DNA of 64,000 nucleotides, taken from positions 1,861-65,860 of the forward strand of contig URVJ01000012.1 of the NCBI GenBank assembly GCA_900551295.1, given 5' to 3'. The notes under the pieces were generated by a model. It saw nothing but the letters and a program-made list of their open reading frames with translations. It searched no databases and had not been told where the DNA came from. This DNA comes from an uncultured Eubacteriales bacterium (GTDB lineage Bacteria > Bacillota > Clostridia > Oscillospirales > CAG-382). Shown here piece by piece: positions 38,770-47,895 of the stretch (position 1 is its first letter; each line of letters starts with the position of its first letter). A program made the position numbers and the translations under genes.

Positions 38770-40685
38770 GCCAGCTCGACTTTAACGGACGCGTGCTGTC
38801 ACTTGCGGCAAACAGCGATATTCCGCCTTTGGAAAAGATTAAATTTATAGGAATATTCTGCTCAAACTCCGACGAATTTTACAAAGTCCGCATAAACAGG
38901 CTGATCAAAGCCGCGAAAAGCAAAAATATGCACCCGGACGCAAAATCAGGGCTGTACCCTAAAGAGCTGCTCGAATGTATTCTGCAAAAAACAAGAAAGC
39001 TGATTGCAGCAAAAAAGCTTTTGCTGCGCGGTGTTTTCGATGAGCTTAAAAGACACGGCATAACGGAAACGTGCGTTTCGGCTCTTTCGGAAAAAGATTA
39101 CGGGATCTGCGAAAACTTTATGAAAAAAACCTTTAGCGGCGTAAAAATCCATTATGTAAAGCGCGGACAAAAAGTATCGTTCAAAGACGGAAAACTCTAT
39201 GCGGTATGCCTGACCGACAGCCAAAAACACACGGCGTGCGTATTGGAAATGCCACCGCAGACCGCACCTTTTATAAGGCTTTCCGCAAAAAACTTCAGAT
39301 ATATAAGAACCGAAAGTCTGATACTTCATTTTTTGCCGCACATTTTTAAAGACCTTACAATAACGGAAATCTGCATTGCCAAACCCGTGCAGAACGGCGA
39401 CATAACAATACCCGAACGCACTTTCAGAAATCACGGCGACGACGCGTGCAAAGCCGTATTGAAACTTGCAAAAAAGCGTGAAGGTCAGCGTGTTATCAAA
39501 CTCGAAGTCTGCAACAAAATCTCGCCGCTGCTAAAAAAAACTCTGTCGGACTTTTCGGGAGTGCCGCAGGAATTTATATTTGATGATTCCGGAATATCTG
39601 ACAAAAGTTTTTTTGATGAGATTTACCGCACCGCAAAGCAAAAAAATCCGTGCCTTGCATATACGTGCCATATACCGCTTGTTTCAAGCGAATTTTCCGT
39701 TACGCAAAGCGTTTCGGACATCGTAAAACGTCGCGACAGGCTTATTTTTTATCCGTATGACAGCACCGACACGTTTTTCAGGCTCTTAAAGGAATCGGCA
39801 TACAACAAAATGGTTTCTTCGGTAAAGATCACGGTTTACAGGCTTGCCGAAAACTCCGTCGCCGCAAAGCTTTTATGTCTTGCCGCAAGAAACGGCAAGT
39901 CCGTCACGGTTATAATTGAACTGCGCGCACGCTTTGATGAGCAGAACAACCTTAAATGGGGACGTATTCTCGAAAAAGCCGGCTGCCGCGTTATTTACAG
40001 AACAAGCGGTCACAAATGCCATGCAAAAGTGTGCCTTATAACGCAAAAATCAAAAAAAGGCTGTTCATATATCACACAGATAAGCACGGGAAACTACAAT
40101 GAAGTCACAAACACGCTGTACACCGATCTTTGCTTTTTTACGGCAGACAAAGATATCGGAAAAGACGCGTCGCGCTTTTTTAAAAGCCTTGAAAACGGCG
40201 AAGATCCGTGCGGTTTAAAACATTTAAACGCCGCTCCTTCCGACATACGAAATGAGTTATTAAAAAGAATAGACGAGCAGGCGAACTGCGGCAAAAACGG
40301 ATATATCTGCATAAAGGCAAACTCGCTTTCTGACGGAGAAGTTATAAAAAAATTAATAAACGCCTCAAAAAAAGGCGCCGAAATCCATCTTTATATACGC
40401 GGAATATGCTGTATCAAGCCGAATGTTCCGTTTTCCACCGAAAACATTGAGGTAAAAAGCATTGTCGGCAGATTTTTGGAACACGCGAGAATTTATATGT
40501 TCGGAAAAGCGCCCGACGCTCACCTCTACATCTCGTCAGCCGATCTCATGCCGAGAAATCTGCGCCGCAGAAACGAAATGCTCTGCCCCGTTTACGACAG
40601 GGCTGTACGTGAAAAGCTGTTTTCAATACTTTACGCTCAAAGCGAAAAAAAACAAAATTACACCGCCGATTACAGCGGTGCATAA
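38709..40685 (+). CDS. ppk: polyphosphate kinase 1
   Basis: NRELSQLDFNGRVL...LEKIKFIGIFCSNSDEFYKVRI N-domain, the phospho-His region HKCHAKVCLI...STGNYN, and the second PLD-like motif GRFLEHARIYMFG. AGAAGG lies upstream of ATG 38709. Confidence 0.92.
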   Translation: MHKTLPVGKRKYDCTQNRELSQLDFNGRVLSLAANSDIPPLEKIKFIGIFCSNSDEFYKVRINRLIKAAKSKNMHPDAKSGLYPKELLECILQKTRKLIAAKKLLLRGVFDELKRHGITETCVSALSEKDYGICENFMKKTFSGVKIHYVKRGQKVSFKDGKLYAVCLTDSQKHTACVLEMPPQTAPFIRLSAKNFRYIRTESLILHFLPHIFKDLTITEICIAKPVQNGDITIPERTFRNHGDDACKAVLKLAKKREGQRVIKLEVCNKISPLLKKTLSDFSGVPQEFIFDDSGISDKSFFDEIYRTAKQKNPCLAYTCHIPLVSSEFSVTQSVSDIVKRRDRLIFYPYDSTDTFFRLLKESAYNKMVSSVKITVYRLAENSVAAKLLCLAARNGKSVTVIIELRARFDEQNNLKWGRILEKAGCRVIYRTSGHKCHAKVCLITQKSKKGCSYITQISTGNYNEVTNTLYTDLCFFTADKDIGKDASRFFKSLENGEDPCGLKHLNAAPSDIRNELLKRIDEQANCGKNGYICIKANSLSDGEVIKKLINASKKGAEIHLYIRGICCIKPNVPFSTENIEVKSIVGRFLEHARIYMFGKAPDAHLYISSADLMPRNLRRRNEMLCPVYDRAVREKLFSILYAQSEKKQNYTADYSGA

Positions 40686-40708
40686 CACAAAAAAATCAAA
40701 CAAAAAAT

Positions 40709-40727
40709 GACGGGAAAAAAACCCGTC
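40709..40727. terminator. bidirectional rho-independent terminator between convergent ppk and agrB
   Basis: GACGGG-A7-CCCGTC. On the minus strand this reads GACGGG-T7-CCCGTC followed by ATTTTTTGTTTG. The plus-strand tail is TTATATTTTAT. Confidence 0.85.
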
Positions 40728-40820
40728 TTATATTTTATATTCAAAGCGTTCATATGCGCAATTATATGGATAGGTGATTGTTTTGAGGAAAACGCACAGA
40801 ACGCCGTGAAAACAAAATAA

Positions 40821-41408
40821 CTAATTATTTTCGGCGCATTTTCCGTTATAGGCAATTCCCGCGTACATGAGTATTCCGTCGACAAACAGCGTAACGCACG
40901 CCGTTACGGCAAGTTCATAATCAAAATACACGCCTGTAAGCGCCGCAGCCGAAAGTATGCTGCTCCAGATAACAGCCCTTATGCGGTTGCTTTTCTTTTG
41001 CTTTTCGGTAAGCTTTTTATTGGGGTGCGCCACGGGTGCGAAAATTATCACCGTCACAATGCAGAAAATGCACATAAGCGCACACATCGGAAACACAAAA
41101 GCGCTTTTTGCGGCAAAGTACGAAACCGCAAGCACCGTACCGAAAGTTACAAGCATTGAGGTTCTGCACAGCGCAAAAGTTTTTGCGTGAAATCCGCCCG
41201 AATAGCGTCTTACCGTCCAGAGAAATGCAAGAAATACGACGGAATCAAAGAATCTTCCGAAAAGCGCGCCTATTATCCCTACCATTGCAAAATTTATAAT
41301 GTCGGCAAAAATAAGCTTAAATCCGTAGCTGTATATCTCGCGTTTTTCGTCAGGTATGCATTTTTTCTTTACGTAATAATCCGTTATTCCGTCTGCCAGT
41401 CTGTCCAT
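40821..41408 (-). CDS. agrB: AgrB-family accessory gene regulator protein B (AgrD-processing membrane peptidase-like)
   Basis: The RRYSGGFHAKTFALC motif has His and Cys 7 residues apart, as for the catalytic H77/C84 of S. aureus AgrB. About 6 TM segments and a typical N-terminus (ITDYYVKKKCIPDEKREIYSYGFKLIF). Start taken at MDRLADG. Confidence 0.8.
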   Translation of the reverse strand: MDRLADGITDYYVKKKCIPDEKREIYSYGFKLIFADIINFAMVGIIGALFGRFFDSVVFLAFLWTVRRYSGGFHAKTFALCRTSMLVTFGTVLAVSYFAAKSAFVFPMCALMCIFCIVTVIIFAPVAHPNKKLTEKQKKSNRIRAVIWSSILSAAALTGVYFDYELAVTACVTLFVDGILMYAGIAYNGKCAENN

Positions 41409-41470
41409 GTTTCCACCGCCGTGTGTAATAGTTATTATGCGCGAAGCGCATTTCATGTGCCCCTCGGACA

Positions 41471-41537
41471 CTTTTCATGAAACTTTAGTTTCAATTCATG
41501 CCGGAACGGCAATTCATTCTTATAGAGTATTATATCA
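41471..41537 (-). promoter_or_regulatory. agrB promoter (TGATATAAT extended -10) plus conserved leader/operator module, copy B
   Basis: The minus strand reads ctgTGATATAATactctataagAATGAATTGCCGTTCCGGCATGAATTGAAACTAAAGTTTCATGAAAAG, which is homologous to 25521-25581 on the plus strand. Confidence 0.65.
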
Positions 41538-41562
41538 CAGACAGCCGAAAAATGTCGCTTTT

Positions 41563-41600
41563 GGCACAACTAACACAAATAGCGGCACAACTAACACAAA
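41563..41600 (-). promoter_or_regulatory. two perfect 17-bp direct repeats, 21-bp period (LytTR/VirR-box-like activator site)
   Basis: GGCACAACTAACACAAA occurs at 41563-41579 and again at 41584-41600. On the agrB strand this is TTTGTGTTAGTTGTGCC twice, ending 25 nt upstream of the extended -10. Confidence 0.55.
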
Positions 41601-41769
41601 GCGTTTGATTTTTCGTTCCGTATTCTCACAAAAAGTCACAAATCGTTATATAAATTTTCCTCGGAATTTGCCGTTATCCATTATTTCCGGGAGATCTTCA
41701 CGTTTCCTTTTGCCGTCAGCCGACGGAAAAAATCTGAGCGGCAAAAAAGACAGTTTATCTGTGGACCAA

Positions 41770-41797
41770 AACAAAAAAGCCGGATTTCAAGTCCGGC
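41770..41797 (-). terminator. rho-independent terminator of P-type ATPase gene
   Basis: On the minus strand, GCCGGA-CTTGAAA-TCCGGC followed by TTTTTTGTTTT. Confidence 0.88.
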
Positions 41798-41805
41798 TCA
41801 TTATA

Positions 41806-44250
41806 TTAACTTTGTGTGTTATTTTGCAGTAATTTTGCTTTTAGTTTCAGATATTTCAGCCGTACAAACTCAAAAGCAGCCGAGATATAATTCTGCACCG
41901 TCATCATAGGAAGAATAAGCAGCACCGTAAGAAGAACGCAGCCTATGTCAAGCCTTGATATATTGAAAAACTCAGGCAGCAATGCGATACACAGTATATA
42001 CAGTGTTCCCATTGCCGAAAACAGAGTTATATGCCACGCGTTGAACGGCTTGCAGACCTTATAGAGCATCATATATCCGGCAGCGGAATAGACTATGCAG
42101 GCGACGGTCGACATCATCGCGTATTCTATGCCGAAAGACTGTGCGAACACAATAAGACATTCTACGAGAAACACCGCTGTAAGCGCAGTCGGAAACGCAC
42201 GGTAAAGCACATTTCGCAGAAACTTTCCCTTTACAAGCTCCTTATTCGGTTCAAGCGCTAAGAAAAACGACGGTATTCCTATCATCATGCACGAGGCGAG
42301 CGAAATCTGAACGGGCTTTAACGGATAGTACGACACGGTTATTATTGAAAGCAGCGTCATAAAGAAAGAAAAAATATTCTTGACCAAGAACATTGACGCC
42401 GTTCTTTCTATATTATTTATAACGCGTCTGCCCTCATCTACAACGTGCGGCATACTCGAAAAATCGGAATTTACAAGCACCATATCCGAGACGTTTGCCG
42501 CGGCTTTGCTGCCCGATGCCATAGCCACGCTGCAATCTGCGTCCTTGAGTGCGAGAACGTCGTTTACTCCGTCGCCTGTCATTGCAACGGTATGCTTATT
42601 CTTTTTTAGCGCGCGTATTATCAGCCTTTTCTGTTCGGGACTTACCCTGCCGAACACGGTACATTCAAGAGTTTTTGCAAAAGTCAGTTCTTCGTCCGAA
42701 AGCTTTGACGCGTCAACGTACTTATCGGCATTCGGGATACCTGCCTTTGCCGCAACGGCCGCAACAGCCGCCGGATTATCTCCCGAAATAACCTTGACGT
42801 TTACTCCCTGCGAGGCAAAATATGAAAAAGTCTGCGCCGCGCTCTGTCTTATCGGGTTTGACAGCACCGCAAACAGCAGCGGTTCTATTTTAACATTGCA
42901 GCCGTTTTCCGAAAGAACGCTGTCCGAATCTTCGCCGCCAAATACCTTGCCGAAAGCAAGCACGCGTTTACCGCACGAAATATATTCCGAAATTCTCCCG
43001 TCATACTGCGAAAAATCACTTCCCAGCAGCATTTCAGGCGCGCCGAAAACATAGGTATTTCCGTCGTCAAGGCTGCACGCGCTGTATTTTGTAAGAGATG
43101 AAAACTCTTTCTTTCGCACTGCTTTGCCAAACGGCTTTATATCATTTTGTACAAAATAATTCGTAACAGCGTCGGAGGTCACGTTCTGCGTTTCCATTGC
43201 CGAAACAAGGCTGCAAAGCTTTTGCAGTGCGCCGCTCTGATCTTGACACACCGGTACTATCTCATCAAGCGCCATTTCAGGCTCGGTTATGGTTCCGGTC
43301 TTATCTACGCATATAACGTCTACCCTTGCAAGGCTCTCTATACACTTCATGTCGTGAACCAGCGTTCCGCCCTTTGCAAGTCTTATTGTGCTTGCGGCAA
43401 GCGCTACGCTTGTAAGCAGATACAATCCCTCGGGTATCATGCCTATCGACGAGGCGACGGCGTTCTCCACGCTTTCCTTTACCGAAAGTCCGAGCGTTGC
43501 GTGCTGATTGAAATACATTATCAGCGCAAACGGGATTATGATTATGCCTATTGCCATTATGAGTATATTAAGCGAACGCATCATTCCGGGACGGGTGCGT
43601 TTTTTGGTCTTTTTCGCGTCGGACATCAGTCTTGAGGCAAAGGATTCATCGCCCACGGCGTCAAGTCTTGCGCGGCACTTTCCCGACACTGCAAAGCTTC
43701 CCGAAAGCAGTCTGTCGCCGGTTACTTTCTTTATCTCGTCCGCCTCTCCCGTGACAAGCGACTCGTTTACGAAAATCTCTCCGCTTACAACAACCGCATC
43801 GGCAGGTATCTGATCGCCGCTTTCAAGCTCTGTTATATCGTCGAGTACAAGATCTTCGCTGTTTACCGTCATCTTTACGCCGCCGCGTATAACATTACTT
43901 GTCGGACACGCCATAAGGTTAAGCTTGTCGAGCATTTTCCGCGAACGCAGTTCCTGCACTATGCCTATTACGGTATTTGAAACCACAACGCCCAAAAAAG
44001 CCATATGATTATACGACCTCTGCCACAAAAGCACTGCGGCAAACACAAAGAAAATTATATTGAAATAGGTAAACACATTCTTTGTTATTATTTTTGCCGT
44101 GCTGTGACGGTTATCGGACGATGTTTTATTCGTAAGGTTCTGCGCCTGTCTTTCGCTCACCTTTTCCGCGTCAAGTCCGTATTCCGGATCGGGCGTATAA
44201 CGGTACACCGTATATTCGGCTTTGGGATTTCTTTGTTTTTTATTTAACAC
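41806..44250 (-). CDS. cation-translocating P-type ATPase (HAD subfamily IC)
   Basis: DKTGTITE phosphorylation site, TGES-type actuator region (LVTGEAD), MTGDGVNDVLALKDADCSVAM hinge, and about 10 TM segments. Confidence 0.93.
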   Translation of the reverse strand: MLNKKQRNPKAEYTVYRYTPDPEYGLDAEKVSERQAQNLTNKTSSDNRHSTAKIITKNVFTYFNIIFFVFAAVLLWQRSYNHMAFLGVVVSNTVIGIVQELRSRKMLDKLNLMACPTSNVIRGGVKMTVNSEDLVLDDITELESGDQIPADAVVVSGEIFVNESLVTGEADEIKKVTGDRLLSGSFAVSGKCRARLDAVGDESFASRLMSDAKKTKKRTRPGMMRSLNILIMAIGIIIIPFALIMYFNQHATLGLSVKESVENAVASSIGMIPEGLYLLTSVALAASTIRLAKGGTLVHDMKCIESLARVDVICVDKTGTITEPEMALDEIVPVCQDQSGALQKLCSLVSAMETQNVTSDAVTNYFVQNDIKPFGKAVRKKEFSSLTKYSACSLDDGNTYVFGAPEMLLGSDFSQYDGRISEYISCGKRVLAFGKVFGGEDSDSVLSENGCNVKIEPLLFAVLSNPIRQSAAQTFSYFASQGVNVKVISGDNPAAVAAVAAKAGIPNADKYVDASKLSDEELTFAKTLECTVFGRVSPEQKRLIIRALKKNKHTVAMTGDGVNDVLALKDADCSVAMASGSKAAANVSDMVLVNSDFSSMPHVVDEGRRVINNIERTASMFLVKNIFSFFMTLLSIITVSYYPLKPVQISLASCMMIGIPSFFLALEPNKELVKGKFLRNVLYRAFPTALTAVFLVECLIVFAQSFGIEYAMMSTVACIVYSAAGYMMLYKVCKPFNAWHITLFSAMGTLYILCIALLPEFFNISRLDIGCVLLTVLLILPMMTVQNYISAAFEFVRLKYLKLKAKLLQNNTQS

Positions 44251-44371
44251 CTTTTCATTATCCTTTGGTTTACAATAATATACTCAGTATTTTAACACCG
44301 TTTTTGTCTTTGTAACATGAAAACTCACAAAATTTACAAATTATTACAAATTGGCACTCTGTTCTTTTGCG

Positions 44372-44407
44372 CAAAGGAAAACCCTGTCCGCTTTTGACAG
44401 ACAGGGA
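44372..44407 (-). terminator. terminator-like hairpin after DUF5107 gene
   Basis: On the minus strand, CCCTGTC, an 11-nt loop, GACAGGG, then TTTTCCTTTG. Confidence 0.6.
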
Positions 44408-44497
44408 AGGAGAGAGTAGAGCGATTTACTTGTTAAAGCAAATCTGTAATCACACATTTATATAATGCGTGGTTAGTCTGATTGAATTTTTCCGGGA

Positions 44498-47400
44498 TCA
44501 CATCTCAGCCGTTTCCGATATTTTCCCGAACGCATATACCGCGAAGTTATCCGCGTCAAGCTCTGTGGCTTTTCTTATGCAGAGGTCAGCCTCGCCGTAT
44601 TTTTCCATACCGTACAGGGCATATGCTTTAAGAATATTGCCGGCAACAAGGTTATTCTTTACAATATCAAGCTCGAACGGCATGGGGCTTGGCGAACCTA
44701 CGCCGTAATATGTGCGCATATCGCAGTTATTTATGAGGCTATCCGCGCTTTCTTGCATTTCGTCAAGGACTGCGTTTGCCTCGTCGTTCTTTCCGAGTTC
44801 TTTAAGCGCAAGCGCCCTGAACAGAGATATTTCCGATACTGCGGCTTTATATTCGGCTGCCTTTTCGAGGTCTGCCGTATATTTTTCCGTATTATTCTCG
44901 CGCTGTTCAAGTTTTGCAAGATAATAGTATATATGAGCTTCCTGATTGAAGAAGGTCTTTGCCTCGCCGTAGGATTTCGGCATATTTATACCGTCGTTAT
45001 ATATCTTTCTTGCCTCGTCAAGCTTTCCGTCCTTTACAAGCTCATTTGCATAGAGCACGTGCATCCAGGCGTGCTGTTTGGTGAGCTTTCCCTCTCCGCC
45101 TTCATAGATGTGGAAATGCTTTGATTTTGCCATATCTATTGCCTCTTTATACATTCCCTTCTGCGAAAGCAGAGTAAGCTTATCGAGATAGCAATCGTCG
45201 CGTCTGGAGAGGAGTTCGGGGTACTTATCGTACACTTCCAGTCTTTCATCGATAGAATGACCGCTGTTTTTAAGCAATTGTTCGTATTCAAGCAGCAGTC
45301 TCGGATCTTCGGGACGGTATTTCAGCGCCTTCTGCATACATTCGAGCGCCTTATCCGGCATATAGGCTTTATCAAAGTAATAAAGCGAGAGATTTCTCCA
45401 TGCCTTGCCGTGTTTTTCGTCAATTCTTACGCACTCATTCCAGAGTTGTGCAGCCTCGTCATAGCTGAACTTATCGTAAAACAGATTTCCGAGATAATAG
45501 CGCGCGTTTGCGGCATTTTTATCTTTATTCGCGGCGTATTCGAGCACGGCAATATCCGAAAGCTCCGACGGGAAACAATATCCCGTATCAAGCTTTTCGG
45601 CAGACCTGATATACTCGTCTTTTCCCGTAAGATATGCAAGATAGTAGTTTACGAGAGGACTTGCCTTATCGGCAAATCCGAGAGCATAGACCGCGTCATC
45701 ATTAAATCCGGCTTTCATATAATCTCTTGCGGTATCGAGCATATTTTCTGCCTTTTTTGCAAACTGCGCGATCTTATCCGTTACGTTTTCATAGTGCGAA
45801 TACTCGACAAGTGCAAGCACATCAAGCTTATCGTCGTTGACGCCTTCAAGTGCGCTGCTCTGTGCAAGAGGACTACCGAGCTTTCTCAGAACCGCGCTCT
45901 TTAAATTCTCAGCCTTTGTATGTCCCTTATTAAGTCCCAAAGACTCGTCAAGCTTTTGCAGAGCCGAATCATAATCGCCGTTACGGCAGTCTATGCACGC
46001 AAGTTCATACATTGCGGCGCTTCTGTGAGCATAGTTCCATGCCGCCATATACAAAACGTCATAAGCTTTGTCATATTCTCCGAGATATTCCAGCGCCACG
46101 CCTTTAAGATAGAGCGCCTCGGTGTCCGTCGGGTGCATATTTCTGCTTGTAAGGCGCTCTATTGCCTTATCGCAGTATTTTACGCAGTCCTTAAACTTTC
46201 CGTTTTTAAGCGACAGACGCGCCATAGACGTGTTGCAGCGTATATCGCCGCCGTCTCTCTTTAAGCCTTCAAGGTAGTAATCTTCGGGCTTATAGTTATG
46301 CTGCTTATACTGTTCGAGATGATAGCCGTTGATATAAAGCTCCTCTACGGTCTTATACTCGCGGGGGCGTTTTACCGGTTTTCTTACCTCGATGGGCTGT
46401 TTTTTGCCGCGCTTATACGGCTTATATTCCACAAGCACCTTGCCGTCGGCAGAAGAAAGAGTTACGGTTATATTATGAATATCGGAAATTTCAGCGTCTA
46501 TATACTTATGGTACGCTTTATCGGGCGACATATCGGTATTTTCCGAATAAACCGTCTTTTGTCCGTCGCGCACTTCAATTTTGCAATTTTCAAATACGCC
46601 CGTTACGTTAAATCCGACATACAGCTTATTATTGCGCTTTTCAACATTTACGCAGGCGTCAACAGTCGCGTTCTTTATCTCGCCTATCTCGCGCACGGGA
46701 TACCAATACTGTTCAAATTCGCGCGTTTCATACGGTGCGATCCATGTAAAGTCAGGCTGATTGTCAGTATACACGCCGGTCATAAGCTCGATATAAGGTC
46801 CGTTCTTATCGGTGAGGTTGGAGCACCACATATCTCCGAAATCGCCTGTCCCCCAATGCCACATTTTCTTGCCGGGCGATATATGGTGGTTTGCAACGGT
46901 CGCTATACCTTTGCCGAGTCCCGTATCATATCCGCTTATAAAGTCCATATCCGACTGTCCCTGCGATATAAGATATGACGAGGGCACTTTTACGGCGTCG
47001 TAATGCGAAAGGTCGGTTCCTTTGCCGAAATTATACGGGCGCGCGGTCTTATATATACCCTTTGCTATGGGCCATTCGAGTACGGCGCGTCTGTCATGGT
47101 CGTTTACCCATTCACAGTCCGGCGGAAACACGGTGCGGTAATTATTGTTTACGGGAACAGCGAGGTTTGCCCACCACATAAAAAGCTGCGGAAGGCTTGT
47201 TCTGTTATAAACGCGTACCTTTGCCTTTATGTAGCTTCTGCCTTTATCGAGCGTGATACCCGCCATGCCTTTCATTCTTCCGAAAGGCTCTACCTCGCCC
47301 GTCCAGACGGTCTTTCCGCCGTCGGGATTTTCTTCGCACACCGCTTCAAGCGGCATAAATGTCGTAGGTCTGTGGTGCTGCGGCCAGTTAAACTCTATTC

Positions 47401-47740
47401 CGCCCGAGATCCAAGGTCCTGCAAGCCCGACAAGCGCAGGCTTTACAACTTCATTATAATAGATAAAATCATAATCTGACGTCTTATCGTATCCGCGGAG
47501 GATTTTTCCTCCGAGCTCCGGTGCCACAACGGTTTTTATGTACTCGTTTTCCAGTGTGAACACATTATATTCAACATCTGTTTTATTATCCGAAATTCCG
47601 TCGCAGTAAGGTATCGGGTACACGCGTCCCGACGCTCCCTGATAGGGTTTGTTTTCAAAAAACATGGGCAGTTCGTGCGCCTTCTGCGGTATATATGTCG
47701 GTATTCTCATACCGTGGTTTTTACATGTGACTTCTGACAT
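44498..47740 (-). CDS. DUF5107-domain protein with long C-terminal TPR-repeat region (1080 aa)
   Basis: The N-terminal 450 aa (PMFFENKPYQGASGRVYPIPY...GGIEFNWPQHHRPTTF) resembles DUF5107. The C-terminal 600 aa is helical-repeat/TPR-like. No signal peptide. Confidence 0.75.
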   Translation of the reverse strand: MSEVTCKNHGMRIPTYIPQKAHELPMFFENKPYQGASGRVYPIPYCDGISDNKTDVEYNVFTLENEYIKTVVAPELGGKILRGYDKTSDYDFIYYNEVVKPALVGLAGPWISGGIEFNWPQHHRPTTFMPLEAVCEENPDGGKTVWTGEVEPFGRMKGMAGITLDKGRSYIKAKVRVYNRTSLPQLFMWWANLAVPVNNNYRTVFPPDCEWVNDHDRRAVLEWPIAKGIYKTARPYNFGKGTDLSHYDAVKVPSSYLISQGQSDMDFISGYDTGLGKGIATVANHHISPGKKMWHWGTGDFGDMWCSNLTDKNGPYIELMTGVYTDNQPDFTWIAPYETREFEQYWYPVREIGEIKNATVDACVNVEKRNNKLYVGFNVTGVFENCKIEVRDGQKTVYSENTDMSPDKAYHKYIDAEISDIHNITVTLSSADGKVLVEYKPYKRGKKQPIEVRKPVKRPREYKTVEELYINGYHLEQYKQHNYKPEDYYLEGLKRDGGDIRCNTSMARLSLKNGKFKDCVKYCDKAIERLTSRNMHPTDTEALYLKGVALEYLGEYDKAYDVLYMAAWNYAHRSAAMYELACIDCRNGDYDSALQKLDESLGLNKGHTKAENLKSAVLRKLGSPLAQSSALEGVNDDKLDVLALVEYSHYENVTDKIAQFAKKAENMLDTARDYMKAGFNDDAVYALGFADKASPLVNYYLAYLTGKDEYIRSAEKLDTGYCFPSELSDIAVLEYAANKDKNAANARYYLGNLFYDKFSYDEAAQLWNECVRIDEKHGKAWRNLSLYYFDKAYMPDKALECMQKALKYRPEDPRLLLEYEQLLKNSGHSIDERLEVYDKYPELLSRRDDCYLDKLTLLSQKGMYKEAIDMAKSKHFHIYEGGEGKLTKQHAWMHVLYANELVKDGKLDEARKIYNDGINMPKSYGEAKTFFNQEAHIYYYLAKLEQRENNTEKYTADLEKAAEYKAAVSEISLFRALALKELGKNDEANAVLDEMQESADSLINNCDMRTYYGVGSPSPMPFELDIVKNNLVAGNILKAYALYGMEKYGEADLCIRKATELDADNFAVYAFGKISETAEM

Positions 47741-47844
47741 TTTTCTTTTGTGCCTCCGTTAATCTTTTTATATACAATATTTTAGCAGAACAAGCACAGA
47801 TGCAACAGACTGAATATCGTGTAAAAAAACACGGAAAATTCTCA

Positions 47845-47873
47845 TTGTCAAAACGCTTTTTGCGTGTTACAAT
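47845..47873 (+). promoter_or_regulatory. sigma-A-like promoter (TTGTCA-17 nt-TACAAT, TGt extended -10)
   Basis: cattGTCAaaacgctttttgcgTGtTACAAT lies 22 nt upstream of GTG 47896. Confidence 0.55.
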
Positions 47874-47895
47874 ATAAACATACTTCGGAAAGCGG

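Noticed and set aside
40670-40885. A 71-aa minus-strand ORF overlapping the 3' end of agrB, considered as a possible agrD.
   Set aside because: It starts 65 nt inside agrB without an RBS. It runs through the bidirectional terminator stem and into ppk. It lacks the amphipathic leader, cyclisation motif and acidic tail expected of AgrD. Its last 27 codons are kept only as a weak candidate in the agrB finding.
41407-41832. A 141-aa plus-strand ORF spanning the agrB promoter region.
   Set aside because: It covers the direct repeats, a terminator and the promoter elements. It has no RBS and its sequence is low-complexity (GTTNTNSGTTNTK arises from the 17-bp repeats). It is not coding.
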